64,000 nt of DNA. Origin: a virus. Every line of letters begins with the position of its first letter. The first letter of the stretch is position 1. Positions 36,130-44,408 of the stretch are shown here, one piece after another. Location of the stretch: the IMG/VR virus record IMGVR_UViG_3300024327_000005, positions 22 through 64,021 of that record; one strand, 5' to 3'. Position numbers and translations under genes: made by a program. Below the pieces are notes generated by a model, which did not search any database, was not told the origin of the DNA, and was given only the letters and a program-made list of their open reading frames with translations.

Positions 36130-36486
36130 ATGAATAATATCAACGACTACGTAAAATCTTCGTATAACAATGCGAAAGATCATGGCTGGCACGATCAACC
36201 GAGAACAATAGGTGATCTAATCTGCCTGATGCACTCAGAGCTTTCCGAAGCTCTTGAGGAACATCGGAAAGGCAAAACACCTCAAGAAATCTACTATGTA
36301 TCAAAAAACCCTATCCTGTTGGGCGCTCCTGAAAAGCCAGAAGGAATCCCCATAGAATTAGCTGACTGCATAATCAGAATATTTGATTTTTGCGGTCTTC
36401 ACGGCATAGATCTTGAAGAAGCACTTTCCCTAAAGATGAAATACAATGAAACTAGACCCTACAGGCACGGTAACAAGGTAGTCTAG
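36130..36486 (+). CDS. MazG-like NTP pyrophosphohydrolase
   Basis: LMHSELSEALEE...KPEGIPIELADCIIRIFD...KMKYNETRPYRHG. Confidence 0.85.
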   Translation: MNNINDYVKSSYNNAKDHGWHDQPRTIGDLICLMHSELSEALEEHRKGKTPQEIYYVSKNPILLGAPEKPEGIPIELADCIIRIFDFCGLHGIDLEEALSLKMKYNETRPYRHGNKVV

Positions 36487-36487
36487 T

Positions 36488-37069
36488 ATGATTGAGTTTG
36501 AGGAATTGAGCCAGGATGAAGATTATAAACGTATAATCCAGGCAGTTGTCATTAGTGCGATTTCTGACTATACGAAACTTTCGCATCCAAAAAATAGAAA
36601 CAAGCGCTACCTTGAACAAAGCTATCGCAATTCTATCAATATGTTTTTTGACGATGATTACCGTTTCGAAGCATTTACCTCAGTCCTCACAGAGAAGCCC
36701 CTTGCTACAAAAGATCTAATCTCTATATTAATCTCGAACCAAAGGGTTTCAATGAGTAAAGCTCGTCAATATGCAATAGAAGAATCAGTACGCTATTGGT
36801 GGGAAAAGAATTTCCACGATATTAGTGTCCCAGCTTCAATTAATATCTTTGGTATTGTTTATTCCGTACATGCGGCCTCCACAGAACATATAGATTTTGA
36901 TAAAAACAAATTGTATCTACCTATAAAGAAAATAGGCTCTGACAGGATTTTCTTTAAGCTCTGTTTAAAGGTCATCCTGAAGGAGTCCGAAATAGACCTT
37001 TCAGATGAATCATTTGAAAGACTGCACAAGGTGTTTTATTTATTCTTAAAAATAAACAACGCATTTTAA
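36488..37069 (+). CDS. hypothetical protein
   Basis: 193-aa ORF. Confidence 0.65.
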   Translation: MIEFEELSQDEDYKRIIQAVVISAISDYTKLSHPKNRNKRYLEQSYRNSINMFFDDDYRFEAFTSVLTEKPLATKDLISILISNQRVSMSKARQYAIEESVRYWWEKNFHDISVPASINIFGIVYSVHAASTEHIDFDKNKLYLPIKKIGSDRIFFKLCLKVILKESEIDLSDESFERLHKVFYLFLKINNAF

Positions 37070-37079
37070 GGTTTAAAAC

Positions 37080-37742
37080 ATGAATAACATCCTTCTCTTC
37101 CTATTAGTCCTGTTCTTCACCATCATCTTAAAGAAGAACCATTCTATAAAAGCAGCCAACAGAGAGATTCACGATCTTTTGAACAAGAGTGTCCTTCTAA
37201 CAATTCATCTTGAGCGAATTGAAGAGCAAAAACAAAATATGCACAACCTTAATTGTAAGGTTTCCAAATTGGAACTCTTGAATAAATCAAGTGATTTTGA
37301 AATATCAGAACTAAAAACAGCTTCTAATGCTATGAAAATAGCACACAAACTAGAAATCAAAGAAAAAACAGAGGCAGCGAGAAAAGATGCTGTAAAGAAA
37401 TCACGAGCAGTCATCAGAGGTCAAGCCACCGAGCATTTAGCCCCGTACATACTGAAAGATACAAATCCTAAAGATTATAGATTCATGGGAAACCCCATAG
37501 ACTATATTTGCTTTGAAGGACTTTCAGATTTGTTGGACGGGGTTTCCAATGAAATTAAGTCAATACACTTCATCGATATAAAAACAGGGAAATCTTCCCT
37601 AAGCAAAAGCCAACGACGAATACGAGATGCCATTAAAGAATCTCGTGTTCAATTCTCAGAAATAAACTTAGACAAAGAATTAGAAAAACAAAATGATCAA
37701 ACTAAAAAAGGATCTGAAATTAACGACATTACAGAAAGTTAA
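37080..37742 (+). CDS. Endonuc_Holl-like (Holliday junction resolvase-related) PD-(D/E)XK protein with N-terminal TM/coil
   Basis: SRAVIRGQATEHLAPY, RFMGNPIDY, FIDIKTGKS.LS..QRRIRDAI. Confidence 0.8.
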   Translation: MNNILLFLLVLFFTIILKKNHSIKAANREIHDLLNKSVLLTIHLERIEEQKQNMHNLNCKVSKLELLNKSSDFEISELKTASNAMKIAHKLEIKEKTEAARKDAVKKSRAVIRGQATEHLAPYILKDTNPKDYRFMGNPIDYICFEGLSDLLDGVSNEIKSIHFIDIKTGKSSLSKSQRRIRDAIKESRVQFSEINLDKELEKQNDQTKKGSEINDITES

Positions 37743-38016
37743 AATTAAAGACGATGACTGGAATAGACCTGGAGGTGGATACTTAAATCCAGGTTCTGTA
37801 GTTATCGTAACAAGCGGACCGACAAGAATTTCTGACGTACCTTTTAAAGTCCTTTCAGGTTCTGGTGAAGTTACTCATCGAAACCCTACGGGAGAAACCG
37901 TAAGACATATCACACCAGGACCAGGCAGGTTCTTCTTTTCTCAAGGCCATGAAACAAAATCACCCTACGACTTCGGAACTTTAAATACAGCATTGTTCGA
38001 GGTTTGTAATGACTGA
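37693..38016 (+). CDS. hypothetical protein
   Basis: 107-aa ORF. Confidence 0.55.
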   Translation: MIKLKKDLKLTTLQKVKIKDDDWNRPGGGYLNPGSVVIVTSGPTRISDVPFKVLSGSGEVTHRNPTGETVRHITPGPGRFFFSQGHETKSPYDFGTLNTALFEVCND

Positions 38017-38284
38017 AGAACTTTCTGTATACGTCTTCTGGGAATTCGATATTGAAACAGATGCTGATACACAAAGATGTTTAAAAATTACCTCTGAACT
38101 CCTTCAAGAAGCGCTAGAGGATAAAGAAAAAGGTATACATCTAAATGATCGCCTTTGTGAATTCTACGACGTCCCTAACAGATTCACCTATCTAGAAGAT
38201 GAATCTGAAGATTCTTACGATCCCATAACGAACCACCTCTCTGACACCTATGGGTGGCTGGTCAAGGATCTCTTGATCCTATAG
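38009..38284 (+). CDS. hypothetical acidic protein
   Basis: 91-aa ORF. Confidence 0.55.
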   Translation: MTEELSVYVFWEFDIETDADTQRCLKITSELLQEALEDKEKGIHLNDRLCEFYDVPNRFTYLEDESEDSYDPITNHLSDTYGWLVKDLLIL

Positions 38285-38371
38285 AGACTTTTTTTGAACA
38301 CAAAAGGTAATGCTATATGTTACTTTCTGTGTTTAATTACCAATAATAAAGAAAATGAAATTCATCAAATT

Positions 38372-38809
38372 ATGAGAAAACCTTGGGATGAGTATTTCAT
38401 GGACATAGCATTTATGGTCGCTACGAGGAGTACCTGTACTCGAAAGAAAGTTGGCGCTGTAATTGTAAATCCAGAATTCAAAGCCATTCTATCGACAGGA
38501 TACAATGGCTCCTTACCTTCAGCGCCTCATTGTAAAGATGTGGGTTGTCATGTTGTCAGTAATCACTGCACAAGAACAATCCACGCTGAAACAAACGCTA
38601 TAAATCAAGCAGCAAAAATGGGCGCATATTTAAAAGGAGCGACCATATACTGCACGTGCAAACCCTGCTGGAATTGCTTCAAGAATCTAGTTCAAGCAGG
38701 AATAAAAACAATTCACTTTCAAGAAGACTATGAAGACGCTAATCAAAAGCTATATAGGGAATATTTAAATGAAAACCCAACAATATTGTTTAAACGTCTA
38801 GAAAATTAG
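38372..38809 (+). CDS. dCMP deaminase (ComEB-like)
   Basis: WDEYFM, RSTC, GYNG, HAETNAI, PCWNC. Confidence 0.9.
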   Translation: MRKPWDEYFMDIAFMVATRSTCTRKKVGAVIVNPEFKAILSTGYNGSLPSAPHCKDVGCHVVSNHCTRTIHAETNAINQAAKMGAYLKGATIYCTCKPCWNCFKNLVQAGIKTIHFQEDYEDANQKLYREYLNENPTILFKRLEN

Positions 38810-38827
38810 ATATAAAAGGATTAATTA

Positions 38828-39865
38828 ATGGCAAATAAAAAAATTACAGGGATCCCCGAAATTGATATGATTGCAGCTTCTATTGCCAAGAAATTTGGCA
38901 AAGAAGACATTATGAGTTTAGGACCTAAATATGAAAAAGTTACACCAATCTCTACAGGCTCAATATCTTTGGATGCTTGTCTTGGCGTTGGAGGCTTACC
39001 TAATGATCGTGTCGTCGAAATATATGGTCCGCCCAGTGCCGGAAAAACCTCTCTCTGCCTACAAGTACTTAAACAGTTTACAGAAAAATATGGATATGAC
39101 AGACCTCCTGTCTATGTTGATCTTGAACGCACTACTGGTTTGGATCTTGTCACTTCTATGGGGCTCGAACCAAAAAAAATGATTTTTTGTTATCCTGACA
39201 CCGCCGAAGAAGCACTTCAGCTCTGTCAAGACCTTGGTAAGACAGGTAAAGTCGGCATAATAGTTTTTGATAGTATTGACGCTGCTCAAAGCGAAAAAGA
39301 CACAAAAAGATTAATGAATGAAACGGGAGTAGGCGACTTACCTCGCTTACTTTCAAAAGCTTTGCGTTCTATATCCAAGATAAGCGTTGATAACGAATGT
39401 CTATACTTGTTTATTAATCAAGTTAGAATGAAAATTGGCGTTATGTATGGGAACCCAGAAACAACTTCAGGTGGCAACGCCATACCTTTTTACTGCTCGG
39501 TTCGACTTCGAGTAAGCAGTAAGCCCTCTAAAGATCAAGATGGCGCCATAACAATGAAGGTTAAAGTTGTCAAAAACAAAGTTGCTCCCGCTTTAAATAA
39601 AACTGCTGAGTTTGACTTTATATGTGGAAAAGGCACAGATCCTTATTTAGACATAATTGGTTATGCTAAAGACGTAGGGTTGATGAGGTTTGCAGGCTCA
39701 TCCGTCAAGTGGATAAACCCTGCAACAAAAGAAGAAGAGTCTCTTTGTACTGGTGGTAAGCTGGGGGCGAAAAGTCATTTTATTGACAACCCAGAGGACT
39801 ACCAACTGCTATATCATCATATCCTCAGTTCAGATAGAGAAGACGAGAATGAAGATGACGCATGA
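38828..39865 (+). CDS. recA: RecA recombinase
   Basis: STGSISLD, GPPSAGKT, VFDSI, FINQVRMKIGVMYGNPETTSGGNA. Confidence 0.95.
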   Translation: MANKKITGIPEIDMIAASIAKKFGKEDIMSLGPKYEKVTPISTGSISLDACLGVGGLPNDRVVEIYGPPSAGKTSLCLQVLKQFTEKYGYDRPPVYVDLERTTGLDLVTSMGLEPKKMIFCYPDTAEEALQLCQDLGKTGKVGIIVFDSIDAAQSEKDTKRLMNETGVGDLPRLLSKALRSISKISVDNECLYLFINQVRMKIGVMYGNPETTSGGNAIPFYCSVRLRVSSKPSKDQDGAITMKVKVVKNKVAPALNKTAEFDFICGKGTDPYLDIIGYAKDVGLMRFAGSSVKWINPATKEEESLCTGGKLGAKSHFIDNPEDYQLLYHHILSSDREDENEDDA

Positions 39866-41183
39866 CTGCTCCAGGCATACAGCTAAAAATAGTCAGGATA
39901 TAACCTCCAACCACACTGAGTCAAAGTATGTACATCTACATGTGCACACAGAATACTCTTTGCTTGATGGCATAAATAAGGTCTCTAGGCTCCCATCTTT
40001 TGTTAAAACTATGAATCAGCCAGCAGTTGCAATGACAGATCATGGTAACATTTCTGGGTGTTATAGGTTTTACAAAGAGTGCAACAAAGTAAATGTTAAG
40101 CCCATAATAGGCATGGAAGCTTACTATTCCATTAACGACAGAACTCTTCGAGAGCCAGACGAAATGGGAAAGAGCTATTACCACTTAATCCTTTTGGCTC
40201 AAAATAATATTGGCTTACACAACTTAATAAAGCTGTCCTCTAAAGCCTATACCACTGGCTTCTATAGGAAGCCTAGGATTGATGATAAACTTCTTGCAGA
40301 CCACTCGGAAGGTCTAATCGCTACCACTACTTGCTTGGGTAGTCGCGCCTCTCAGCTGATACTAAATAACGAAATTACTGCAGCCGAAAAATTAATTCAT
40401 CATCATCGAGCCATATTCAAAGATAGATTCATCGTTGAATTACAATTGCACCGAGAAGAAGAACAGCAGGCTGTAAATAAAGTCTTGCAGCAAATCGCTT
40501 TAAAAAACAACTTCCCGATGATAGTCACAAACGATTGTCATTACGCTTATGAGCATGATAAAATGCATCATGAAGCAGCATTATGCTTGCAGACTAAGAC
40601 AACGTTGTCGAATCCAAAGAGGTTTTCATTTGGTGAAATAAAAGTTCATATGGCAGATCATGACTGGATGTGGAACGAATCTTCAAATCAAGGAATGCCA
40701 TACGACGTTATTTCGAACACTGTCGAACTTGCGAATATGATAGATTCAGACACTTATTTTATGGACAGGATGAACAGGTACCCGAAGTTTAAAGACCTTC
40801 CCGAAGGTTATACTAGCATTGACTTTTTAGCTCTAGAAAGCCAGCATGGACTATTCAATAGGTTTGGTCAGATGCCGACTTTGGAATATCAAAACAGATT
40901 GACTCATGAACTTAATGTAATCAAAAAGATGGGATTCTCTGACTACCTGTTGATTGTAGCTCAGTTTATGGATGGAGCGCGAACAAGAGGTGTCCTTCAT
41001 GGGCCTGGTCGTGGCTCTGCTGCAGGGTCCCTAATCGCTTATGCACTAGGCATCACTGAAGTTGATCCAATCAAATACGGTTTAATCTTTGAAAGATTTT
41101 TAAATGAAGGTCGAGGAGCTACCCCTCTGATCTTCAACAAGCAAATGGCCATCAAAGCAGATGGCATAACTATACCTTTTTAA
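39849..41183 (+). CDS. dnaE: DNA polymerase III alpha (DnaE) part 1: PHP domain through the GRGS/FERFLN palm segment
   Basis: HLHVHTEYSLLDG, TDHGN, TNDCHY, GPGRGSAAGSLIAY, FERFLNEGR, then a short tail and stop. Confidence 0.9.
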   Translation: MKMTHDCSRHTAKNSQDITSNHTESKYVHLHVHTEYSLLDGINKVSRLPSFVKTMNQPAVAMTDHGNISGCYRFYKECNKVNVKPIIGMEAYYSINDRTLREPDEMGKSYYHLILLAQNNIGLHNLIKLSSKAYTTGFYRKPRIDDKLLADHSEGLIATTTCLGSRASQLILNNEITAAEKLIHHHRAIFKDRFIVELQLHREEEQQAVNKVLQQIALKNNFPMIVTNDCHYAYEHDKMHHEAALCLQTKTTLSNPKRFSFGEIKVHMADHDWMWNESSNQGMPYDVISNTVELANMIDSDTYFMDRMNRYPKFKDLPEGYTSIDFLALESQHGLFNRFGQMPTLEYQNRLTHELNVIKKMGFSDYLLIVAQFMDGARTRGVLHGPGRGSAAGSLIAYALGITEVDPIKYGLIFERFLNEGRGATPLIFNKQMAIKADGITIPF

Positions 41184-41202
41184 CACACGATAAGAGAATA
41201 CT

Positions 41203-41394
41203 ATGGATAAAACTTACGCAACAACCCTTTACGCGATCCAAGATAACCACGGGCATCTAATCAATATTAAGAATCGCTCTCTTTACACGACTAGAGTCGA
41301 CGCCAGAACAGCTAGACGCTCATTGAATCGTAACGATGTGCGAATAGTAAGGTGTGAATTTATGAACCACACCGAATGGACTCCAGCCAGATGA
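41203..41394 (+). CDS. small hypothetical protein between dnaE parts
   Basis: 63-aa ORF. Confidence 0.55.
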   Translation: MDKTYATTLYAIQDNHGHLINIKNRSLYTTRVDARTARRSLNRNDVRIVRCEFMNHTEWTPAR

Positions 41395-41651
41395 AACCAG
41401 AGGTAACGACTACAGCTGAAGCTGTAGAATTTTTAATTAAGCATCATTCAGACTTACATGATGAGCATCGCTTTGAAAAGATTTCAGACTGTGCTGATTC
41501 AATAATGAAAAGTGAAAGACCCAATACGGCTTTCCGCCACGATGATGGAAGTTGGGTTAATAATGATTATTGCGATTATTATATTAATTTAATTGCAGCG
41601 ATAACCGTACAATGGAATTCCGAAAAAAATGAAAATAGACCAAATACCTAA
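41376..41651 (+). CDS. small hypothetical protein between dnaE parts
   Basis: 91-aa ORF. Confidence 0.5.
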   Translation: MDSSQMKPEVTTTAEAVEFLIKHHSDLHDEHRFEKISDCADSIMKSERPNTAFRHDDGSWVNNDYCDYYINLIAAITVQWNSEKNENRPNT

Positions 41652-41874
41652 ATTTTGGCGCAACAATGCGCCTGCAAAATCATTCACAGACAATTACTGG
41701 ACTGACGGGTACGATTTGTACTCCTATCAACTCAAGATAGGAGAAACGCTCCCTGACGGAACCAAAATTCTTTACGATTACACTAAAGCTGCTGGAAGGT
41801 TTATTTCTGCTACAACTAGCCGCCATGTAAACTTAGCGGCTTTCTACGCTAACGAAAAAGAAGCCCCAATGTAA
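41629..41874 (+). CDS. conserved phage hypothetical protein
   Basis: TDG..LYSY..KIG...YDYT...S.TTSRHV motif. Confidence 0.6.
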   Translation: MKIDQIPKFWRNNAPAKSFTDNYWTDGYDLYSYQLKIGETLPDGTKILYDYTKAAGRFISATTSRHVNLAAFYANEKEAPM

Positions 41875-41899
41875 GGGTAGTTAACAACCACCCTTACAT
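41869..41899. promoter_or_regulatory. perfect 10-bp inverted repeat upstream of dnaE part 2
   Basis: ATGTAAGGGT/ACCCTTACAT. Confidence 0.45.
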
Positions 41900-41943
41900 C
41901 TACGAACACTTGGCAGAATCCAACGCTTAAACATAGGAACCTC

Positions 41944-43566
41944 ATGGATCAAAAAAGAAAAGAAATATTACAGTACATTGATAAATGTATTATAGATGAA
42001 AGAATTAATCAAGTAGACCCTGATTTCCTAGAGTTTGAAATTAAAATGTCTTCTTTAAAAGATTTACAAATGATTTCAGACTGCTTGTATTCAGTTGCGA
42101 ACCTTCAAGATAAAGATCTTCACTTACCAATTTTCGCTAACAACCCCTATAATAGTATCTTACTTTATATAACTAGGTTGACAGATGAATTTGATTTTTT
42201 AAAAGCCAGGTCAAATACTATAGACGGATCTCCTCCTGATATTGATATTGACCATGATGCTTTAGATCGAGAAATTGCAATCGAGTGGTGTGCTGATTAT
42301 TGGGGTCAAGATAAAGTAGCGAATATAATAACGCACGGAACCTTTAAGCCAAAAAGTCTTGCTCGCTCTTATTATCGAATCACTGAAAAAGAGTCTGAAG
42401 ATTTAAGCGAGCTGTTAAAGAAGATTCCTCCACCTAAGTTTGGTAAGGAAGCTACATTAGAAGAGGTTCTTGAATTGAACCCTGAAGTTAAAGACGATGA
42501 GAGATATGGAGACTTCTTGGAATTCGCTGACAGGATAGAGGGCATGGTATCTAATTTTGGTATCCATGCCGCTGGAATTATCATTAGTGATAACGACATA
42601 GATGATATAGTCCCGCTATGGAAGAATAAAAAAGCTGAAAGAATAACTCAATTCGACAAAGACGAATGTGAAGAGTTAGGTCTGATTAAATTCGACTTCT
42701 TGGGAATAGATACTCTTTCTATAATTAAAGAGTGTGTGAGCCTTGTTGAAGAAAACCATGATGTTAAATTAAATCCATACGCTATTGAAGATTTTGACGA
42801 AGCCACATATGCCACATTAGACAAAGGCTTACTCACAGGAGTCTTTCAGATGGAAACTTCTGGCGTGGCTAAAAAGCTCATTGTAAAAATTAAACCAAGA
42901 TCTATAGAAGATTTATCTGCTATTTCTGCTTTGAACAGACCAGGTCCGCTACAAGCGGGACTCGACAAAGAATACATAATCAACAAATATAATAACGCTC
43001 CACCATCAAGTCTTCCAGAAAACATAGCTAACATTTTAAAAAGTTCATACTGGACTCTTGTCTATCAGGAGCAAGTTATGGAAATCTGTTCTAGTATCGC
43101 TGGGTTCACTCCCAAAGAAGCCGATGACATTAGGAGAGCTATGGGCAAGAAGAAAGTAGAAGTACTCAACGAGTATCAAAAGAAATTTGTAACTGGGTGT
43201 ATTTCTGTAGGTGGCTTATCAGAATCCTATAGTCAAGACCTATGGGAAAACCTTGTGGGATTCGCAGACTACTGCCTGCATGGAAGCACAAAGATCAAGG
43301 CTCAAGGTGGAGCCTTAAGTATTGAAAGTATTGTTAAAAACAAAATTCCTGCGACTATCGTTTCTGCTGATACTAATTCTGAAAGATTTTATTTACAAAG
43401 AGTTGCTCAATGGTATGAAAAAGGCAAAAAGAAATGTTATAAGTACGTAACAGATACTGGAGCTGAGATTTCTTGCACTCCAGAACATAAATTTTTAACT
43501 ATTAATAACGAAATGGTTGAAATTGAATCCATATATGAACGAAACTTAATATTAAAAACACAATAA
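41944..43566 (+). CDS. dnaE: DnaE part 2: catalytic palm/thumb/fingers fused to split-intein IntN
   Basis: PPDIDID, HAAG, KFDFLG, GVFQME, LNRPGP, VYQEQVM, RRAMGKK, FADY|CL. Confidence 0.92.
   Translation: MDQKRKEILQYIDKCIIDERINQVDPDFLEFEIKMSSLKDLQMISDCLYSVANLQDKDLHLPIFANNPYNSILLYITRLTDEFDFLKARSNTIDGSPPDIDIDHDALDREIAIEWCADYWGQDKVANIITHGTFKPKSLARSYYRITEKESEDLSELLKKIPPPKFGKEATLEEVLELNPEVKDDERYGDFLEFADRIEGMVSNFGIHAAGIIISDNDIDDIVPLWKNKKAERITQFDKDECEELGLIKFDFLGIDTLSIIKECVSLVEENHDVKLNPYAIEDFDEATYATLDKGLLTGVFQMETSGVAKKLIVKIKPRSIEDLSAISALNRPGPLQAGLDKEYIINKYNNAPPSSLPENIANILKSSYWTLVYQEQVMEICSSIAGFTPKEADDIRRAMGKKKVEVLNEYQKKFVTGCISVGGLSESYSQDLWENLVGFADYCLHGSTKIKAQGGALSIESIVKNKIPATIVSADTNSERFYLQRVAQWYEKGKKKCYKYVTDTGAEISCTPEHKFLTINNEMVEIESIYERNLILKTQ
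43273..43563 (+). other. split intein N-half (97 aa), DnaE type
   Basis: CL..T.I...VAQW...G...T.EHKF.T...I.ER.L matches cyanobacterial Npu/Ssp DnaE IntN; block B TxxH present. Confidence 0.92.
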
Positions 43567-43577
43567 GAGGTTTTCTT

Positions 43578-43946
43578 ATGGCTACACACTCTACAAATAT
43601 CTCTAACGGGACCCATATTATAGGGAGTACAGTTCAAATTGACACTTTAAATGTCAATAAAACGAGCACCCATGAAGAGATAATGAACTCTCTTCCTTCT
43701 TATCATACAATCATCGCATCAGGGACTGCTAACCCTGAAGAAATTTCATTAGTTGCTCCTGTGAGCGTTGATCATGTAGACAATTCTATGTTTTTTGTTG
43801 ACGGACAAGCACTATCAAGAATGCCTGACCCGACCAACCTGGGACCAGGCTATCATTTAACTGCAGACGGAATGACTTTGACCATAAGCGGTTTCACTAA
43901 TTTAAGTACTAGTGAGATCCATGGATTGTATACAGATCAACCATAA
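43578..43946 (+). CDS. putative virion structural or adaptor protein (beta-rich)
   Basis: T/S-rich, FVDGQALS; first gene of the fibre cassette. Confidence 0.5.
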   Translation: MATHSTNISNGTHIIGSTVQIDTLNVNKTSTHEEIMNSLPSYHTIIASGTANPEEISLVAPVSVDHVDNSMFFVDGQALSRMPDPTNLGPGYHLTADGMTLTISGFTNLSTSEIHGLYTDQP

Positions 43947-43990
43947 TGTTAATATGATCCAAAATACACTATCTAAATAGGAGAGAGAAA

Positions 43991-44395
43991 ATGGCCGTTG
44001 TATATCCAGGATTAGTAAATATAGACGCTTCTACAATTACGGTAACCACCGTGAATGTTTATGACGACAATCAAAGAACCCATACATACGATTTAAGTGA
44101 TCAGTTTCCAGACTGGAATCCCGAACCAGATGGTAACAGCCTAACAGGCGACGCCCTCATCGCTGCGCAGCAACCTCTGAGTACAATAACCCTGCCTGCA
44201 TCAGCAAGAGTCAATACTATAATGATTATATTAGACGGAATGACTTTATCTCCCCAATTGAATCCAAATGGCGCTGGCGACTATAAAATTGCTACTAGTA
44301 AAATAATCGATTTACTCTGGGACGACGCAGAGCTTCCGAGACGACATAGTAGTACGGACACTCCTGTACTTTTAGCTCGCTATACACTAGCTTAA
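43991..44395 (+). CDS. putative virion structural or adaptor protein
   Basis: ILDGMTLS, similar to the previous gene's motif; strong RBS AGGAG. Confidence 0.5.
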   Translation: MAVVYPGLVNIDASTITVTTVNVYDDNQRTHTYDLSDQFPDWNPEPDGNSLTGDALIAAQQPLSTITLPASARVNTIMIILDGMTLSPQLNPNGAGDYKIATSKIIDLLWDDAELPRRHSSTDTPVLLARYTLA

Positions 44396-44408
44396 TAAGG
44401 ATTCCATA

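Noticed and set aside
39753-39848. ORF-track start for dnaE part 1
   Set aside because: It overlaps recA by more than 110 nt with no PHP similarity; ATG 39849 or 39855 is more plausible.
33706-39865. Inteins in nrdJ or recA (common hosts)
   Set aside because: Both have normal length with continuous motifs and no Cys...His-Asn insertions.
41184-41943. Group I intron or homing endonuclease explaining the first dnaE split
   Set aside because: No LAGLIDADG, HNH or GIY-YIG motif in the three small ORFs, no recognisable P-Q-R-S core, and both flanks carry extra coding tails. RT-PCR would be needed to exclude it fully.
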